Shown: positions 34,166 through 44,324, counted from the first letter of the stretch. The stretch: DNA of 60,031 bases from an uncultured Erysipelotrichaceae bacterium (GCA_902783895.1 CACZST010000025.1:1-60031); one strand, 5' to 3'. Program-made: numbers and translations. Notes: generated by a model from the letters alone, not told the origin.

Positions 34166-35008
34166 ATGAAATATTGTCCAGAATGTGGTAATGAGAATGA
34201 AGAAGATGCGATTTTTTGTAAAATATGTGGATTTAGATTTATTGAAATAGATGAAAATAGAAAACAACCGACTAATACTAAAACAAAAGTGAAAACTAAA
34301 GGTGGAAGAACAAAGGTTAAAAGGGTAGGCTCTAAAAATAAAACAAAAGTTAAATATGAAAAGAGTAAACCTGAAAGAAGAATGAGTTTCTTCCAGAAAA
34401 TAATGATGTTTTTCTTTATTGTTTTATGTATAGGTTTATTAGGTGTTTGCGGATATATGGGATATTATATATATAATACTAATAATATTGAAGTGCCTTC
34501 GGTTGTGGGGTATGATTATGATGATGCATCTAGGACACTTAAAGATGCGAGTTTAAATGTTTTAAAAGTTGAAACTCCTGTTACTTCTAAAGATGAAGTT
34601 GGTATTGTTTTAAAACAAAGTAAGAAAAGTGGTAGTAAGGTTTCTGAAAGAACGGTTATTAAGTTAACTGTTGGTGTTTTAGATAATCATGTTACTGTAC
34701 CAAAGGTTGAAGGAATGAGTTTATCTGAAGGTCTTTCACTTATGAATGAAAATCATGTTAAATATAAAATTATATATGAGACTAGTGATAAAGATGGTAT
34801 TATTTTAAAACAAAGTATTGCTGGTGGTAAAAAGATTTTAAATACTGATTTAGTTACTTTAACAGTTTCTAAAAAGGATAGTGATCAGAAAAAGGATGAA
34901 ACTCCTTCAAAAGATGAAAATACTCAAGGTAACACAAAAGATGATACAAATTTAGATAATAAAGATAATAAAGATACAAATGATACTGATAGTACGTTAA
35001 ATAGTTAA
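34166..35008 (+). CDS. Zinc-ribbon / TM / double-PASTA domain protein
   Basis: 'YCPECGNENEEDAIFCKICG' is a zinc ribbon. A basic linker and one TM helix follow. Two PASTA-like repeats begin 'VPSVVGYDYDDASRTL' and 'VPKVEGMSLSEGLSLM'. The tail is D/N/K-rich. Confidence 0.65.
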   Translation: MKYCPECGNENEEDAIFCKICGFRFIEIDENRKQPTNTKTKVKTKGGRTKVKRVGSKNKTKVKYEKSKPERRMSFFQKIMMFFFIVLCIGLLGVCGYMGYYIYNTNNIEVPSVVGYDYDDASRTLKDASLNVLKVETPVTSKDEVGIVLKQSKKSGSKVSERTVIKLTVGVLDNHVTVPKVEGMSLSEGLSLMNENHVKYKIIYETSDKDGIILKQSIAGGKKILNTDLVTLTVSKKDSDQKKDETPSKDENTQGNTKDDTNLDNKDNKDTNDTDSTLNS

Positions 35009-35027
35009 AAGCCTTTGGGCTTTTTTT
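35007..35027 (+). terminator. Intrinsic terminator
   Basis: AAAGCC, a TTTG loop, GGCTTT, then a T-run. Confidence 0.7.
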
Positions 35028-35101
35028 AATAAATAATTATTTATATTATTGTTTGTTTTTGTTAAAGATGTTATATTTATATTATAGTAAGGAGAGATAT
35101 T

Positions 35102-36250
35102 TTGAGTATGGAAAATAAAAAAAATATATTTTGGCCAATAATGATTTTGAGTTTATTTGTACTTTCTTATATAGCAATTACACCAATTGTTTCAAATATT
35201 TATGCATCTTACCCAGATGTTTCTCTTGATAATATACAGCTTGTTGTTACTTTAATACCACTTTTTTCGGTTATAACAATGTTTAGCTGCAATAGTTTAT
35301 GTCTTCATTTTAGTATGAAAAATGTTAGTATAATGGGGATGATATTAATAATTATGGGGGCTATTTTACCTATAGTTAATGAGTCGATTTTTTTCTTATA
35401 TTTATCGAGTATTTTAATTGGACTCGGGATTGGGGTAGTTAATGTAGTTAGCTCAACTATGATATCTTTTTATTTTAAAGGTAAGAGTAAGGTAAAGGTT
35501 ATGGGATATCAGTCTTTATTTATGTGTTTGGGTGGTGCCTTGTTTTCGCTACTTAGTGGTTTTATTTCAAGTTATAACTGGAGATTTTCTTATTTATCTT
35601 TTTTAATTGGAATTATAGTTATTATTATGCTTTTAAAATTACCAAATGATAAGCTCGAAAAAAATAGGGAAAATAGTAAGTGTAAATTATCAAAAAGGGT
35701 ATATATATTAGGTTTTATAACATTTTTATTTTATGTAGCTGCTAATGTTTTTAATACAAGTATTTCTCTTTTAATTGATAGTCTTGGTTTTAGTAGTAAT
35801 ATTAGTGGCCTTGTGACAACATGTTATATGCTTATTGGGATTATTGCGGGTCTTTCATTAAATAAGATTGTTAAATATTTTAAGAATCAAACATTATTTT
35901 TTACTTGTTTAATGGCTGCTACTAGTTTTATGATGATTGGTATGTCAACTGATATTCTTCCAATATTTGTGGGAACTTTATTTTTAGGTTTTGCTTATGC
36001 TACTAGAAATCCAGCAGGTATGACTTTTGTTTCTAATATGATAGATGTTTCAAAAAGTGCACTTGCTTTAGCTATTTTTAATGGGTGTGCGCATTTAGGT
36101 GCATTTGCTTCTCCATATATTATTAATTTAATAAGTAATTTATATGGTGGTAGTATTTCTACAATTTTTGTTATTGCCGGTATACTTATGTTTATTATTT
36201 CAATATTACATATTTCTTTAAATCCAGTTAAAGAAAAAGATATTATATAA
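35102..36250 (+). CDS. MFS-type transporter
   Basis: 382 aa with ~12 TM segments in two halves separated by a basic loop ('KLPNDKLEKNRENSK'). The TTG start lies 7 nt after GGAG. Confidence 0.65.
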   Translation: MSMENKKNIFWPIMILSLFVLSYIAITPIVSNIYASYPDVSLDNIQLVVTLIPLFSVITMFSCNSLCLHFSMKNVSIMGMILIIMGAILPIVNESIFFLYLSSILIGLGIGVVNVVSSTMISFYFKGKSKVKVMGYQSLFMCLGGALFSLLSGFISSYNWRFSYLSFLIGIIVIIMLLKLPNDKLEKNRENSKCKLSKRVYILGFITFLFYVAANVFNTSISLLIDSLGFSSNISGLVTTCYMLIGIIAGLSLNKIVKYFKNQTLFFTCLMAATSFMMIGMSTDILPIFVGTLFLGFAYATRNPAGMTFVSNMIDVSKSALALAIFNGCAHLGAFASPYIINLISNLYGGSISTIFVIAGILMFIISILHISLNPVKEKDII

Positions 36251-36336
36251 GGTTCAACTGACAGTTTAGTAAATTCAACCTTTAATTTATTGTTTTATTT
36301 ATATAATTTATGTATGATAAATTTGGAGGTGATTTT

Positions 36337-36951
36337 ATGTTTAAAAAAATATTTACAATTTCTTTATTAACAATTTTATTGACAGGGTGCGGAAGTAATT
36401 CTTTTAAAAGTGATTATGAAAGTTTAAATGGTAAAAAAAATGAATCTGGTAAAATAAATAGAACTATTACTATTAATAGTGATAATCCTTATAAAGAGAT
36501 TTCCGCGTTAGAGCTTATTAATATGATAAACAGTAAAAAAACATTTTATGTTTATTTTGGTTTTCCAACTTGTCCTTGGTGCCGTAGTGTGATTGAAAAA
36601 TCAATTGAAGTTTCAAAAGAAAAGGGTATTAAGACAATATATTATGTTAATGTATTAAATATTAGGGATGAATTAAAAGAGGAAAATGGTAAGGCTGTAG
36701 TTAGTAAAAAGGGAAGTAAGGAGTATTATAAGTTACTTAAGCTTTTAGCTCCTGTTTTGGATGATTACAAATTAGAAAATGTTAAAACCAATGAAAAAAG
36801 AATTTATGCACCTAACTTTGTTTATGTTAAAGATGGCAAACCAATAAAATTAATTACTGGTATTTCTTCAAAACAAAAAGATCCGAGAGAAAAACTTAGT
36901 AAAGAAATACTTGATGATGAAGAAAAACAATTTGATGAGTTTTTTAAGTAG
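36337..36951 (+). CDS. Thioredoxin-fold lipoprotein (CPWC)
   Basis: The lipobox is 'LLTGCGS'. 'FGFPTCPWCRS' is the CxxC active site. ATG 36337 follows a GGAGGTGA SD. Confidence 0.7.
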   Translation: MFKKIFTISLLTILLTGCGSNSFKSDYESLNGKKNESGKINRTITINSDNPYKEISALELINMINSKKTFYVYFGFPTCPWCRSVIEKSIEVSKEKGIKTIYYVNVLNIRDELKEENGKAVVSKKGSKEYYKLLKLLAPVLDDYKLENVKTNEKRIYAPNFVYVKDGKPIKLITGISSKQKDPREKLSKEILDDEEKQFDEFFK

Positions 36952-36970
36952 AAATTATTCTACTTTTTTT
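36948..36970 (+). terminator. Intrinsic terminator
   Basis: GTAGAA, an ATTA loop, TTCTAC, then T7. Confidence 0.65.
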
Positions 36971-36971
36971 A

Positions 36972-36998
36972 TAAAAATAATAACCCGTTTGGGTTATT
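36972..36998 (-). terminator. Intrinsic terminator of glmS
   Basis: AATAACCC, a GTTT loop, then GGGTTATT. A T-rich tract follows on the minus strand. Confidence 0.65.
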
Positions 36999-38769
36999 AT
37001 TCGACAGTTACGGATTTAGCTAAATTTTTTGGTTTATCTATATCACAATTTCTTAATTTAGCAACTTCATATGCAATAAGCTGAAGTACTGGAACTATTT
37101 CTAAGCTGATAGTGAAGTCTGATGTGTTTGGAACTGTTATGTCAGTTTCTTTTTCTTTTAAGTTGTCTTTGCATATAACGAATGTTTTTGCACCTCTTGC
37201 TTCCACTTCTCTTAGGTTTGCGATTGTTTTATCTTTTAGATTATCATCAGTAATTATAGCGATGATTGGCATTCCTTCATGTACTAGTGATATGGTACCA
37301 TGTTTTAATTCACCGGCTTGGTATGCTTCAGAGTGTATGTAAGATATTTCTTTTAATTTTAAACTTCCTTCTAAACTTATTGCGTAATCTAAGCCTCTTC
37401 CAATAAAGAACAAATTTTCATTTTGATAAATTTGTTTAGCAATATTTAAATATGTTTCTTTTTTATCTAAGATATTTTTTATTATTTTTGGAGTTTTACT
37501 AAATTCATCAATTATTTTTTTAGGATCTTTTAATTTAGGTTTAGCTAATTTGAAGGCTAGAAGAGAAATCATTGCGACTTGAAGAATATAAGCTTTAGTT
37601 GTTGCGACGGCAATTTCTGGTCCTGCTTCAATGAATAATTTGATATCTGCTTCTCTTGCAATTGTTGATGTTTTAACGTTAACAATGGCTAGTGTATCAA
37701 TATTTTCTTTTTTTGCTTGTCTCATTGCGGCAATTGTGTCTGCTGTTTCTCCTGATTGAGAAATTAGGATAACTAGTGTTTTTTGGTCATATATATTTTT
37801 TTTATATCTATATTCACTTGCTACTTCACATGTACATGAAATATTTGCATATTTTTCAAATAGGAATTTACCAATCATACCTGCATATAATGCTGAACCA
37901 CAGGCTACTATGTGAATTTGTTTATATTTAGAAAGGTCTGGTAATTTATCTATATTTTCTAAATATGATTTTAATGTTTTTTCAAGAACGATAGGTTCTT
38001 CCATTATTTCTTTAAGCATATAATGGTCATATCCTAATTTGCTATTTGAGTTTTTATCTATGCTTATTTTTTGAATATTTTGTGTGATTTCTTTTAGGTT
38101 ATCATTGTATATTTTTATATCTTTTTCTGTTAAAACTGCAATTTCTTTTTCGTCTAACAATATAAATTTATTTGTATATTTGTTTATTGCAGTGATATCA
38201 CTTGCAAAGAAATTTTCTTCATTTCCTTTACCTAATAATAAAGGTGAATCTTTTCTTGTGGCATATAAGCAATCTTTGTCTAGTTCACTAATTATTCCTA
38301 AGGCATAACTTCCAATTATTTCTTTTGTAGCTTCATTAATTGCTTTAAGGGTATTATCTGATAAGTGACTATCGATTAGGGCAGCAATAATTTCTGAGTC
38401 CGTTTGACTTTTGAATTTATAACCTTGTTTTTCTAATTTTGTTTTTAAATAATCCATATTTTCTATTATTCCATTGTGAACAAGGGTTATTTTTCCAACT
38501 TTATGAGGGTGAGCATTTATTTCATTTGCACCACCATGGGTTGCCCATCTCGTATGAGCTATGCCTTTATAAGCGTTAATTAATTTTTCATTATTAATTT
38601 TGTCTTCTAAGTTTTTAATTCTTCCGATACTTTTTATTATTTGAATGTTTTTTCCATCACTTAAAGCAATACCTGATGAATCATACCCCCTATATTCTAG
38701 TGATTTTAATCCGTTTATTAAAACGTCTTTTACATTGTTTTTACCAATGTATCCAACTATTCCACACAT
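36997..38769 (-). CDS. glmS: Glutamine--fructose-6-phosphate aminotransferase
   Basis: 590 aa. The N-terminal nucleophile is in 'MCGIVGYIG'. Two SIS domains contain 'SQSGETADT'. The C-terminus is 'KSVTVE'. Confidence 0.97.
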   Translation of the reverse strand: MCGIVGYIGKNNVKDVLINGLKSLEYRGYDSSGIALSDGKNIQIIKSIGRIKNLEDKINNEKLINAYKGIAHTRWATHGGANEINAHPHKVGKITLVHNGIIENMDYLKTKLEKQGYKFKSQTDSEIIAALIDSHLSDNTLKAINEATKEIIGSYALGIISELDKDCLYATRKDSPLLLGKGNEENFFASDITAINKYTNKFILLDEKEIAVLTEKDIKIYNDNLKEITQNIQKISIDKNSNSKLGYDHYMLKEIMEEPIVLEKTLKSYLENIDKLPDLSKYKQIHIVACGSALYAGMIGKFLFEKYANISCTCEVASEYRYKKNIYDQKTLVILISQSGETADTIAAMRQAKKENIDTLAIVNVKTSTIAREADIKLFIEAGPEIAVATTKAYILQVAMISLLAFKLAKPKLKDPKKIIDEFSKTPKIIKNILDKKETYLNIAKQIYQNENLFFIGRGLDYAISLEGSLKLKEISYIHSEAYQAGELKHGTISLVHEGMPIIAIITDDNLKDKTIANLREVEARGAKTFVICKDNLKEKETDITVPNTSDFTISLEIVPVLQLIAYEVAKLRNCDIDKPKNLAKSVTVE

Positions 38770-38770
38770 A

Positions 38771-39388
38771 TTAAACCTCCTGTTTTCTTTTCTTTTTATA
38801 AAAGGTAATTATAAATATTACAAATATTATAATTAAAAGTCCCATGACTATGTGAGAGTATTGGTCGAAAAATCCAAGGACTTTTTCCCAGTTTTTACTT
38901 GCGATACTACCAGCTATAGTTAGAACTACGTTCCATATAGCGGAACCTAGAGTAGTATATATTAGAAATTTTTTAAGGTTCATTTCACTCATTCCGGCAG
39001 GAATGGAAATTAAACTTCTAACAATTGGGATAAATCTACAGAAAAATACAGTTTTTTGACCTTTAGTATCAAACCATGCATCAGCTTTATCTATGTCGGT
39101 TTCTTTTAATCTAAGTATTTTTCCTATTTTTCCACGTACTATTTTTTTAAGTCTATCTTTATTTAATATTTTTCCAATGTAATATAAAACAATGGCTCCT
39201 GCAACTGAACCAAGGGTTGCGGCAATAACAACACCTACAATACTTAATTTAGTATATGTCGTCATAAATCCACCAAATAGTAATATTACTTCCGATGGGA
39301 TAGGTGGAAAAATGTTTTCCACAGCTATTAATAGGAAAATACCGAAATAGCCAAAATGATTCATGATGTCAATTATTATGTTTTGCAT
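38771..39388 (-). CDS. DedA-family membrane protein
   Basis: 'AVENIFPPIPSEVILLFGG' and 'FFCRFIPIVRSLISIPAGM' are DedA signatures. ATG 39388 is preferred because of its AGGTGA SD; ATG 39409 lies only 2 nt downstream of the predicted -10. The stop is 1 nt before the glmS ATG. Confidence 0.85.
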   Translation of the reverse strand: MQNIIIDIMNHFGYFGIFLLIAVENIFPPIPSEVILLFGGFMTTYTKLSIVGVVIAATLGSVAGAIVLYYIGKILNKDRLKKIVRGKIGKILRLKETDIDKADAWFDTKGQKTVFFCRFIPIVRSLISIPAGMSEMNLKKFLIYTTLGSAIWNVVLTIAGSIASKNWEKVLGFFDQYSHIVMGLLIIIFVIFIITFYKKKRKQEV

Positions 39389-39410
39389 TAGTTCACCTAC
39401 TTTCACCATA

Positions 39411-39439
39411 AGTATAACATAAAGGTTTATTTATGTAAA
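39411..39439 (-). promoter_or_regulatory. Promoter for dedA-glmS
   Basis: On the minus strand, TTTACA, a 17-nt spacer, then TATACT. Confidence 0.55.
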
Positions 39440-39448
39440 TTTTACTTG

Positions 39449-39462
39449 TTACAATATTGTAA
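39449..39462. promoter_or_regulatory. Perfect 14-bp palindrome TTACAATATTGTAA (candidate operator)
   Basis: It is exactly self-complementary. It lies ~10 nt upstream of the -35 of the dedA-glmS promoter, in the divergent intergenic region. Confidence 0.3.
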
Positions 39463-39519
39463 GGAAAAAAAACATGACAATTACATATTAATATATTAAA
39501 ATCATTGTAGGTGATTTGT

Positions 39520-40608
39520 ATGGGGTATATTGATGCATTTAAAACTGCAATATTTATTTTTCCAATTTTAGCTTTCTTTTTTACATTCCCATTTATTTTG
39601 AATCAATATCATAAATATGGGTCAATTAGTAAAATGAGAAGTTTAATTATTTATTCTTTTATTTTGTATTTACTTATTATATATTTTTTAGTAATACTTC
39701 CACTTCCAAATATTAAAGATGTTACTAAATCAATTGGATATAATCTAGTTCCATTTAGTTTTATTTCTGATATTGTGAAGGAAAGTTCATTTGTTTTAAC
39801 CGACCCAAGTACTTATTTAAAGGTGCTTTTTGAACCTTGTATTTATACGGTAGTATTTAATATTTTAATGTTTGTGCCTTTTGGTATATATTTGAGATAT
39901 TATTTTAAATGTAGTTTTAAGAAGACAGTTTTTTGTAGTTTTTTACTTTCACTTTTCTTTGAGCTTACGCAGGCAAGTGGGCTTTATTTTATTTATCCTT
40001 ATGCCTATAGGTTATTTGATGTTGATGATTTAATTATAAATATGTTTGGTGGATTGCTTGGATATTGTATATCTGGTTTATTTATAAAATATTTGCCAAG
40101 TAGGGAAGAGATAGATTTAAAGGCAGTAGAAAATGGGAGAGAAGTGTCTGGCTTTAAAAGGTTAACTGTATTTTTCTTAGATATGTTTATATTTTTAATA
40201 TTTTATATGTTTATGAGTATGATTGATAATTCATTTTTACTTTGGTATTTTGTATATTTTGCTTTAATTCCAATTATTAATAATGGTAAAACTATTGGTA
40301 GTGGATTTTTAAAGGTAAGGCTTGTATACAAAAATAAATATAGTGGGACAATATTAAGATGTATATTTTTACCTTTATATTATTTTGTTTTACCATATCT
40401 TTTTATGGAACTTGTTTTGTTTTTAAATGATTATTTAAATTTGAAAACTTTTGAAATTATTTTATTAGATGGTGGAATGGTTATTTTAATACTTATATTT
40501 TATTTAAGTAATGTAATAACAATATTACGCAAAAAAAAGATATTTTATGATAATATCTTTAAGGTTAATTATGTAAGTTTGTTTAAGGATGATAATGTTT
40601 CGCAATAG
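39520..40608 (+). CDS. VanZ-like membrane protein with C-terminal RDD-like membrane domain
   Basis: 'N..MFVPFGIYLRYYF', 'FELTQ' and 'RLFDVDDLIINMFGGLLGY' match the VanZ family. The C-terminal half has extra TM helices after 'FKRLTVFFLD'. Confidence 0.65.
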   Translation: MGYIDAFKTAIFIFPILAFFFTFPFILNQYHKYGSISKMRSLIIYSFILYLLIIYFLVILPLPNIKDVTKSIGYNLVPFSFISDIVKESSFVLTDPSTYLKVLFEPCIYTVVFNILMFVPFGIYLRYYFKCSFKKTVFCSFLLSLFFELTQASGLYFIYPYAYRLFDVDDLIINMFGGLLGYCISGLFIKYLPSREEIDLKAVENGREVSGFKRLTVFFLDMFIFLIFYMFMSMIDNSFLLWYFVYFALIPIINNGKTIGSGFLKVRLVYKNKYSGTILRCIFLPLYYFVLPYLFMELVLFLNDYLNLKTFEIILLDGGMVILILIFYLSNVITILRKKKIFYDNIFKVNYVSLFKDDNVSQ

Positions 40609-42148
40609 CTTCAGCAACCTTTATTCCATCTATGGCTGAAGTCATTATTCCTCCGGCGTATCCAGCACCTTCACCACATGGATAAATTCCATCAATATTT
40701 GAAATGAAATTATCATCTCGTGGTATTTTTATAGGTGATGATGTTCTACTTTCAACGGCGGCAATAATGGCGTCATCATTTGCGAATCCTTTAATTTTTG
40801 CATCAAAATAATTTATTCCTTCTTTTAATGAGTTTGTAATATAGTTTGGTAAGATTTCATTTATGTTTACAAAATTATATTCACCTTTAAAAACAGGATT
40901 TATACTTTTAAAAGATGTGGATATTTTATTTTCTTTAAAATCTTTAAATAATTGAACTGGTATTTTCCCATTTCCTTTTTGATAGGCTAATTTTTCTAAG
41001 TTTCTTTGAAACTTTATTCCATCTAATGGATGGTTTCCAAAATCATTTTGGTTTATTGTTACAATTATTGCGCTATTGGCGTTTTCACTATCACGACTTT
41101 GATTACTCATACCGTTGATACAAAGATGTCCTTCTTCGGATGAAGAATTAACGACATATCCTCCAGGACACATACAGAAAGAGTACACACCTCTTTTTTC
41201 TTTTGTTTGATAGGTTAATTTATAACTAGCAGGTGGTAAATCCATTCTTAGTGTCTTATATTGGTTTAAATTGATTAATGTTTGTGGATGCTGAATTCTT
41301 ATACCTACTGCGAATGGTTTAGATGTCATATTAAGTCCTTTTTCATATAACATTTCAAAGGTGTCACGGCTACTATGACCGGTTGCTAAAATTAAAGTTT
41401 CACAGTCTATCCATTCATCATTTAATTTTATTTGGGTAAGCTTACCTTCATTTGTTTTGAAGTCATTAAATAGGGTATTATAGTAAATTTGGCCACCCAT
41501 TTTAATTATTTCTTCACGCATATTTTTAATAACTTTAGTTAAAAGATTGGTTCCTATATGCGGGTTATGTAAATAAAGGATACTTTGTGGGGCACCATTT
41601 TTAATAAATGTTTCTAGTACTTTTTTGTTTCTAAAAAATTTATCTTTGTTTTGGGTATTAAGTTTGCCATCTGAGAAAGTTCCAGCACCTCCTTCACCGA
41701 ATTGAACATTAGAATTTGGATTTAATTTTCCTGTTTTCCAAAAGTTTTCTACATCTTTAATTCTTTCTTCAACTGATTTTCCTCTTTCGATGATAATTGG
41801 ATTATAACCATTTTCCGCTAATATATATGCGGCGAATAATCCAGCCGGACCTGATCCTATAATGATTGGTTTTTTATTTAATTTATTTTGACCTAGAATT
41901 TCAAATTTATATGTTTCATCTGGTGTAGTGGTTATGTCACTGTTTTTTAAATATTTTTTTTCATTTTCAAGCTTAACATCTACTTCATATACATATGTTG
42001 GTGTTTTTCTAGCGTCTAATGATAATTTGCTTATTATTAATTTTTCGATTTTATTTTCTTTTATTTTTAATTTTTGAGCTGTTTTTTTAATTAAATTTTC
42101 TTTTGAATTACTGTCTACAGGCAGTTTTATTTGTTTTATTCTAATCAT
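40583..42148 (-). CDS. FAD-dependent dehydrogenase (COG2509-like)
   Basis: 521 aa. 'IIIGSGPAGLFAAY' is a dinucleotide fold located after an N-terminal ~85-aa domain. The C-terminus contains 'GEGAGYAGGI'. Confidence 0.75.
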   Translation of the reverse strand: MIRIKQIKLPVDSNSKENLIKKTAQKLKIKENKIEKLIISKLSLDARKTPTYVYEVDVKLENEKKYLKNSDITTTPDETYKFEILGQNKLNKKPIIIGSGPAGLFAAYILAENGYNPIIIERGKSVEERIKDVENFWKTGKLNPNSNVQFGEGGAGTFSDGKLNTQNKDKFFRNKKVLETFIKNGAPQSILYLHNPHIGTNLLTKVIKNMREEIIKMGGQIYYNTLFNDFKTNEGKLTQIKLNDEWIDCETLILATGHSSRDTFEMLYEKGLNMTSKPFAVGIRIQHPQTLINLNQYKTLRMDLPPASYKLTYQTKEKRGVYSFCMCPGGYVVNSSSEEGHLCINGMSNQSRDSENANSAIIVTINQNDFGNHPLDGIKFQRNLEKLAYQKGNGKIPVQLFKDFKENKISTSFKSINPVFKGEYNFVNINEILPNYITNSLKEGINYFDAKIKGFANDDAIIAAVESRTSSPIKIPRDDNFISNIDGIYPCGEGAGYAGGIMTSAIDGIKVAEAIAKHYHP

Positions 42149-43352
42149 TATTATTTCCTTTCGTTAAACCCGCTATCATTCCTGTTGTCCAGGCGAATGT
42201 AAGATTATAACCACCACAGTCTCCATTAACATCTAATATTTCACCAGCAAAATATAAGTCTTTTATTTTTAATGATTCCATGGTTTCTGTATTTATTTCA
42301 TTTAATGGCACTCCACCACTGCATACTTGGGCTTCATTAAATGTTTTTGTGTTTGTAATATTTATTTTTAACTTAGTTAGAGTATTTATTAAATTTTCCT
42401 TTTCTTTATTATTTAATGATTTACATAGTATATTTGGTTTTATTTTAGCAATTTCAAGTAATACGTTTACTAATTTGTAATTTAGAAATCCTTCTAATAA
42501 TTCGGATATTTTTTTGTTTTTTAAAAGCTTTATTTGATTTTCAAACCAGGTCATTTTATCTTCTTTAAGCCAAGGCATGAAATTAATTATAATATCTTCT
42601 TTTTTATTTTTAGATAATCCTTTTGCGACATATTGGCTTAAATTAAATATACATATTCCACTTAATCCATAATCAGTTAATTGCAGTTGTCCTTCTTCTT
42701 CTTTTACAAATTTGTCATTTTCATAAAGTTTAACTATAGAATCAACTCTTATTCCTGTCCATTTCTTAAAGTATGGTTTATTTCCAATTAGTTGAACTAA
42801 AGCTGGTAATGGTTTAATTATATGATGGCCAAAATTTTTAGCAATTTCATATCCAATACCATCAGAACCTGTTTTAGGACATGCTTTTGAACCGGTTGTG
42901 ATAATAACAATATCGGCTTTTATATTATCTGTTTTGGGATTTATGATAAATTTGTCTTTTTTTATTATTTCGGTTACTAATGTATTTGTTTTAATGTTTA
43001 CGTTTTTTAGCTCGGAAAGTAATGCATCTTTAATACTTAAGGCACTTTCGGAATATGGGTAATAATATCCATTTTTTATTTTAGGTATAATACCTAAACT
43101 TTTAAAGAAAGTTAATATTTCTTCATTTGTATTTTTGTTTATAATATTTTTAATGAACTCTTCATTTTCTGAATGGTATTTAGAAATATTTTGGTTTTCA
43201 TTATAGTAATTGCATCTTCCATTACCAGTTATTAAAATTTTTTTTCCAAGACAGTTATTTCTTTCGATTATAGTTACTTTATTTTTTTTTGAGGCATAAA
43301 TTGCGGCAATTAATCCGGCCGCACCACCACCAATAATTACAACGTTTTTCAT
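42141..43352 (-). CDS. HI0933/BaiN-like NAD(FAD)-utilizing flavoprotein
   Basis: 403 aa. 'VVIIGGGAAGLIAA', 'ITGNGRCN' and the C-terminal 'GDCGGYNL..AW..G' are family hallmarks. Confidence 0.85.
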   Translation of the reverse strand: MKNVVIIGGGAAGLIAAIYASKKNKVTIIERNNCLGKKILITGNGRCNYYNENQNISKYHSENEEFIKNIINKNTNEEILTFFKSLGIIPKIKNGYYYPYSESALSIKDALLSELKNVNIKTNTLVTEIIKKDKFIINPKTDNIKADIVIITTGSKACPKTGSDGIGYEIAKNFGHHIIKPLPALVQLIGNKPYFKKWTGIRVDSIVKLYENDKFVKEEEGQLQLTDYGLSGICIFNLSQYVAKGLSKNKKEDIIINFMPWLKEDKMTWFENQIKLLKNKKISELLEGFLNYKLVNVLLEIAKIKPNILCKSLNNKEKENLINTLTKLKINITNTKTFNEAQVCSGGVPLNEINTETMESLKIKDLYFAGEILDVNGDCGGYNLTFAWTTGMIAGLTKGNNND

Positions 43353-43442
43353 AAAAAATCACCTAATTAATATTATATCATAGGTTTGACTAGGTATGGG
43401 TAATTTGTTATACTTTAAATAAGATTTAAGGAGGGATATGTT

Positions 43443-44324
43443 GTGAAGATTTTTCGATCTGTTTTAAGTATTTTCCTTATATTTAGTTTAATTTTAACGA
43501 TTTTTATCTTTAATATAAGTTCTTTTTCAAGAACAGATAATATGGAGAAGACTTTGAAAAAATCTGATTTACTTACTGAAGTTAAAAAGATTAAAAATAG
43601 TGGTAAAGTTGGTAATCAAAGTTCAATGACAGCTGTTATAAATGATGTTTATGCGACGGCAGAAGAATACGGTATTGATAGTAAACTTGTGGATACTGTT
43701 ATTGATTCTGATGCGATGAAAGAGGCTTTAGGGTATGCGGCTGGTAATGTAACTGATTATGTGATTAATGGTAAGAAAACACCAATACTTACTAAAGATG
43801 ATTTATATAATGTTGCAGAAAATAATATTGATGATTGGATAAAACAGAGTGGAATTTCTGTTACTGATAATCAGAAAAAGAAAATTTTAGAAGGTTCAAA
43901 AGAATTTATACCGATTGTTGTTCGTAATTTACCAAGTTCTTCTGATATTGCCAGTGGGTATAAATTTCAAGTAGAAGTAGTTCAGTTTTTATTTAGTAAT
44001 ACTGTTAAAGTTGGACTAGTTATTATTGATGTATTACTGATTTTATTAATTATTATTTTAGGTAGAAAACAATTTAAGTGGTTATTTGATTTTGGGATGG
44101 TTTTCGGAATTTGTGGAATTGCTTTAAGTGTTTTAGCAATTATTTTACCTGATTTAATTTTAATGGTTCCAAATTCTGCAGATATATCTTTAATAACAAC
44201 TACTTTTACGGATTATTTATTTAAACCTGTATTAATTATTGGTTTTGCGTTTATTATTTTAAGTATTTTATTATTTATAATTTATAAAACTATTTTAAAT
44301 AAGAAATTAAGGGTAGAGTCTTAA
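43443..44324 (+). CDS. Hypothetical membrane protein
   Basis: 293 aa with a GTG start after GGAGGG. There is an N-terminal TM and three C-terminal TM helices. I recognise no motif. Confidence 0.5.
   Translation: MKIFRSVLSIFLIFSLILTIFIFNISSFSRTDNMEKTLKKSDLLTEVKKIKNSGKVGNQSSMTAVINDVYATAEEYGIDSKLVDTVIDSDAMKEALGYAAGNVTDYVINGKKTPILTKDDLYNVAENNIDDWIKQSGISVTDNQKKKILEGSKEFIPIVVRNLPSSSDIASGYKFQVEVVQFLFSNTVKVGLVIIDVLLILLIIILGRKQFKWLFDFGMVFGICGIALSVLAIILPDLILMVPNSADISLITTTFTDYLFKPVLIIGFAFIILSILLFIIYKTILNKKLRVES

Noticed and set aside
37112-38836. ORFs 37112..37342(+), 38084..38308(+) and 38645..38836(+), antisense to glmS/dedA
   Set aside because: They are embedded in the highly conserved glmS gene and have S/F/L-rich translations.
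38770-39519. Search for a glmS ribozyme
   Set aside because: There is no intergenic space before glmS. The only upstream spacer is ~130 nt of AT-rich sequence lacking the GC-rich conserved core, so no ribozyme is called.
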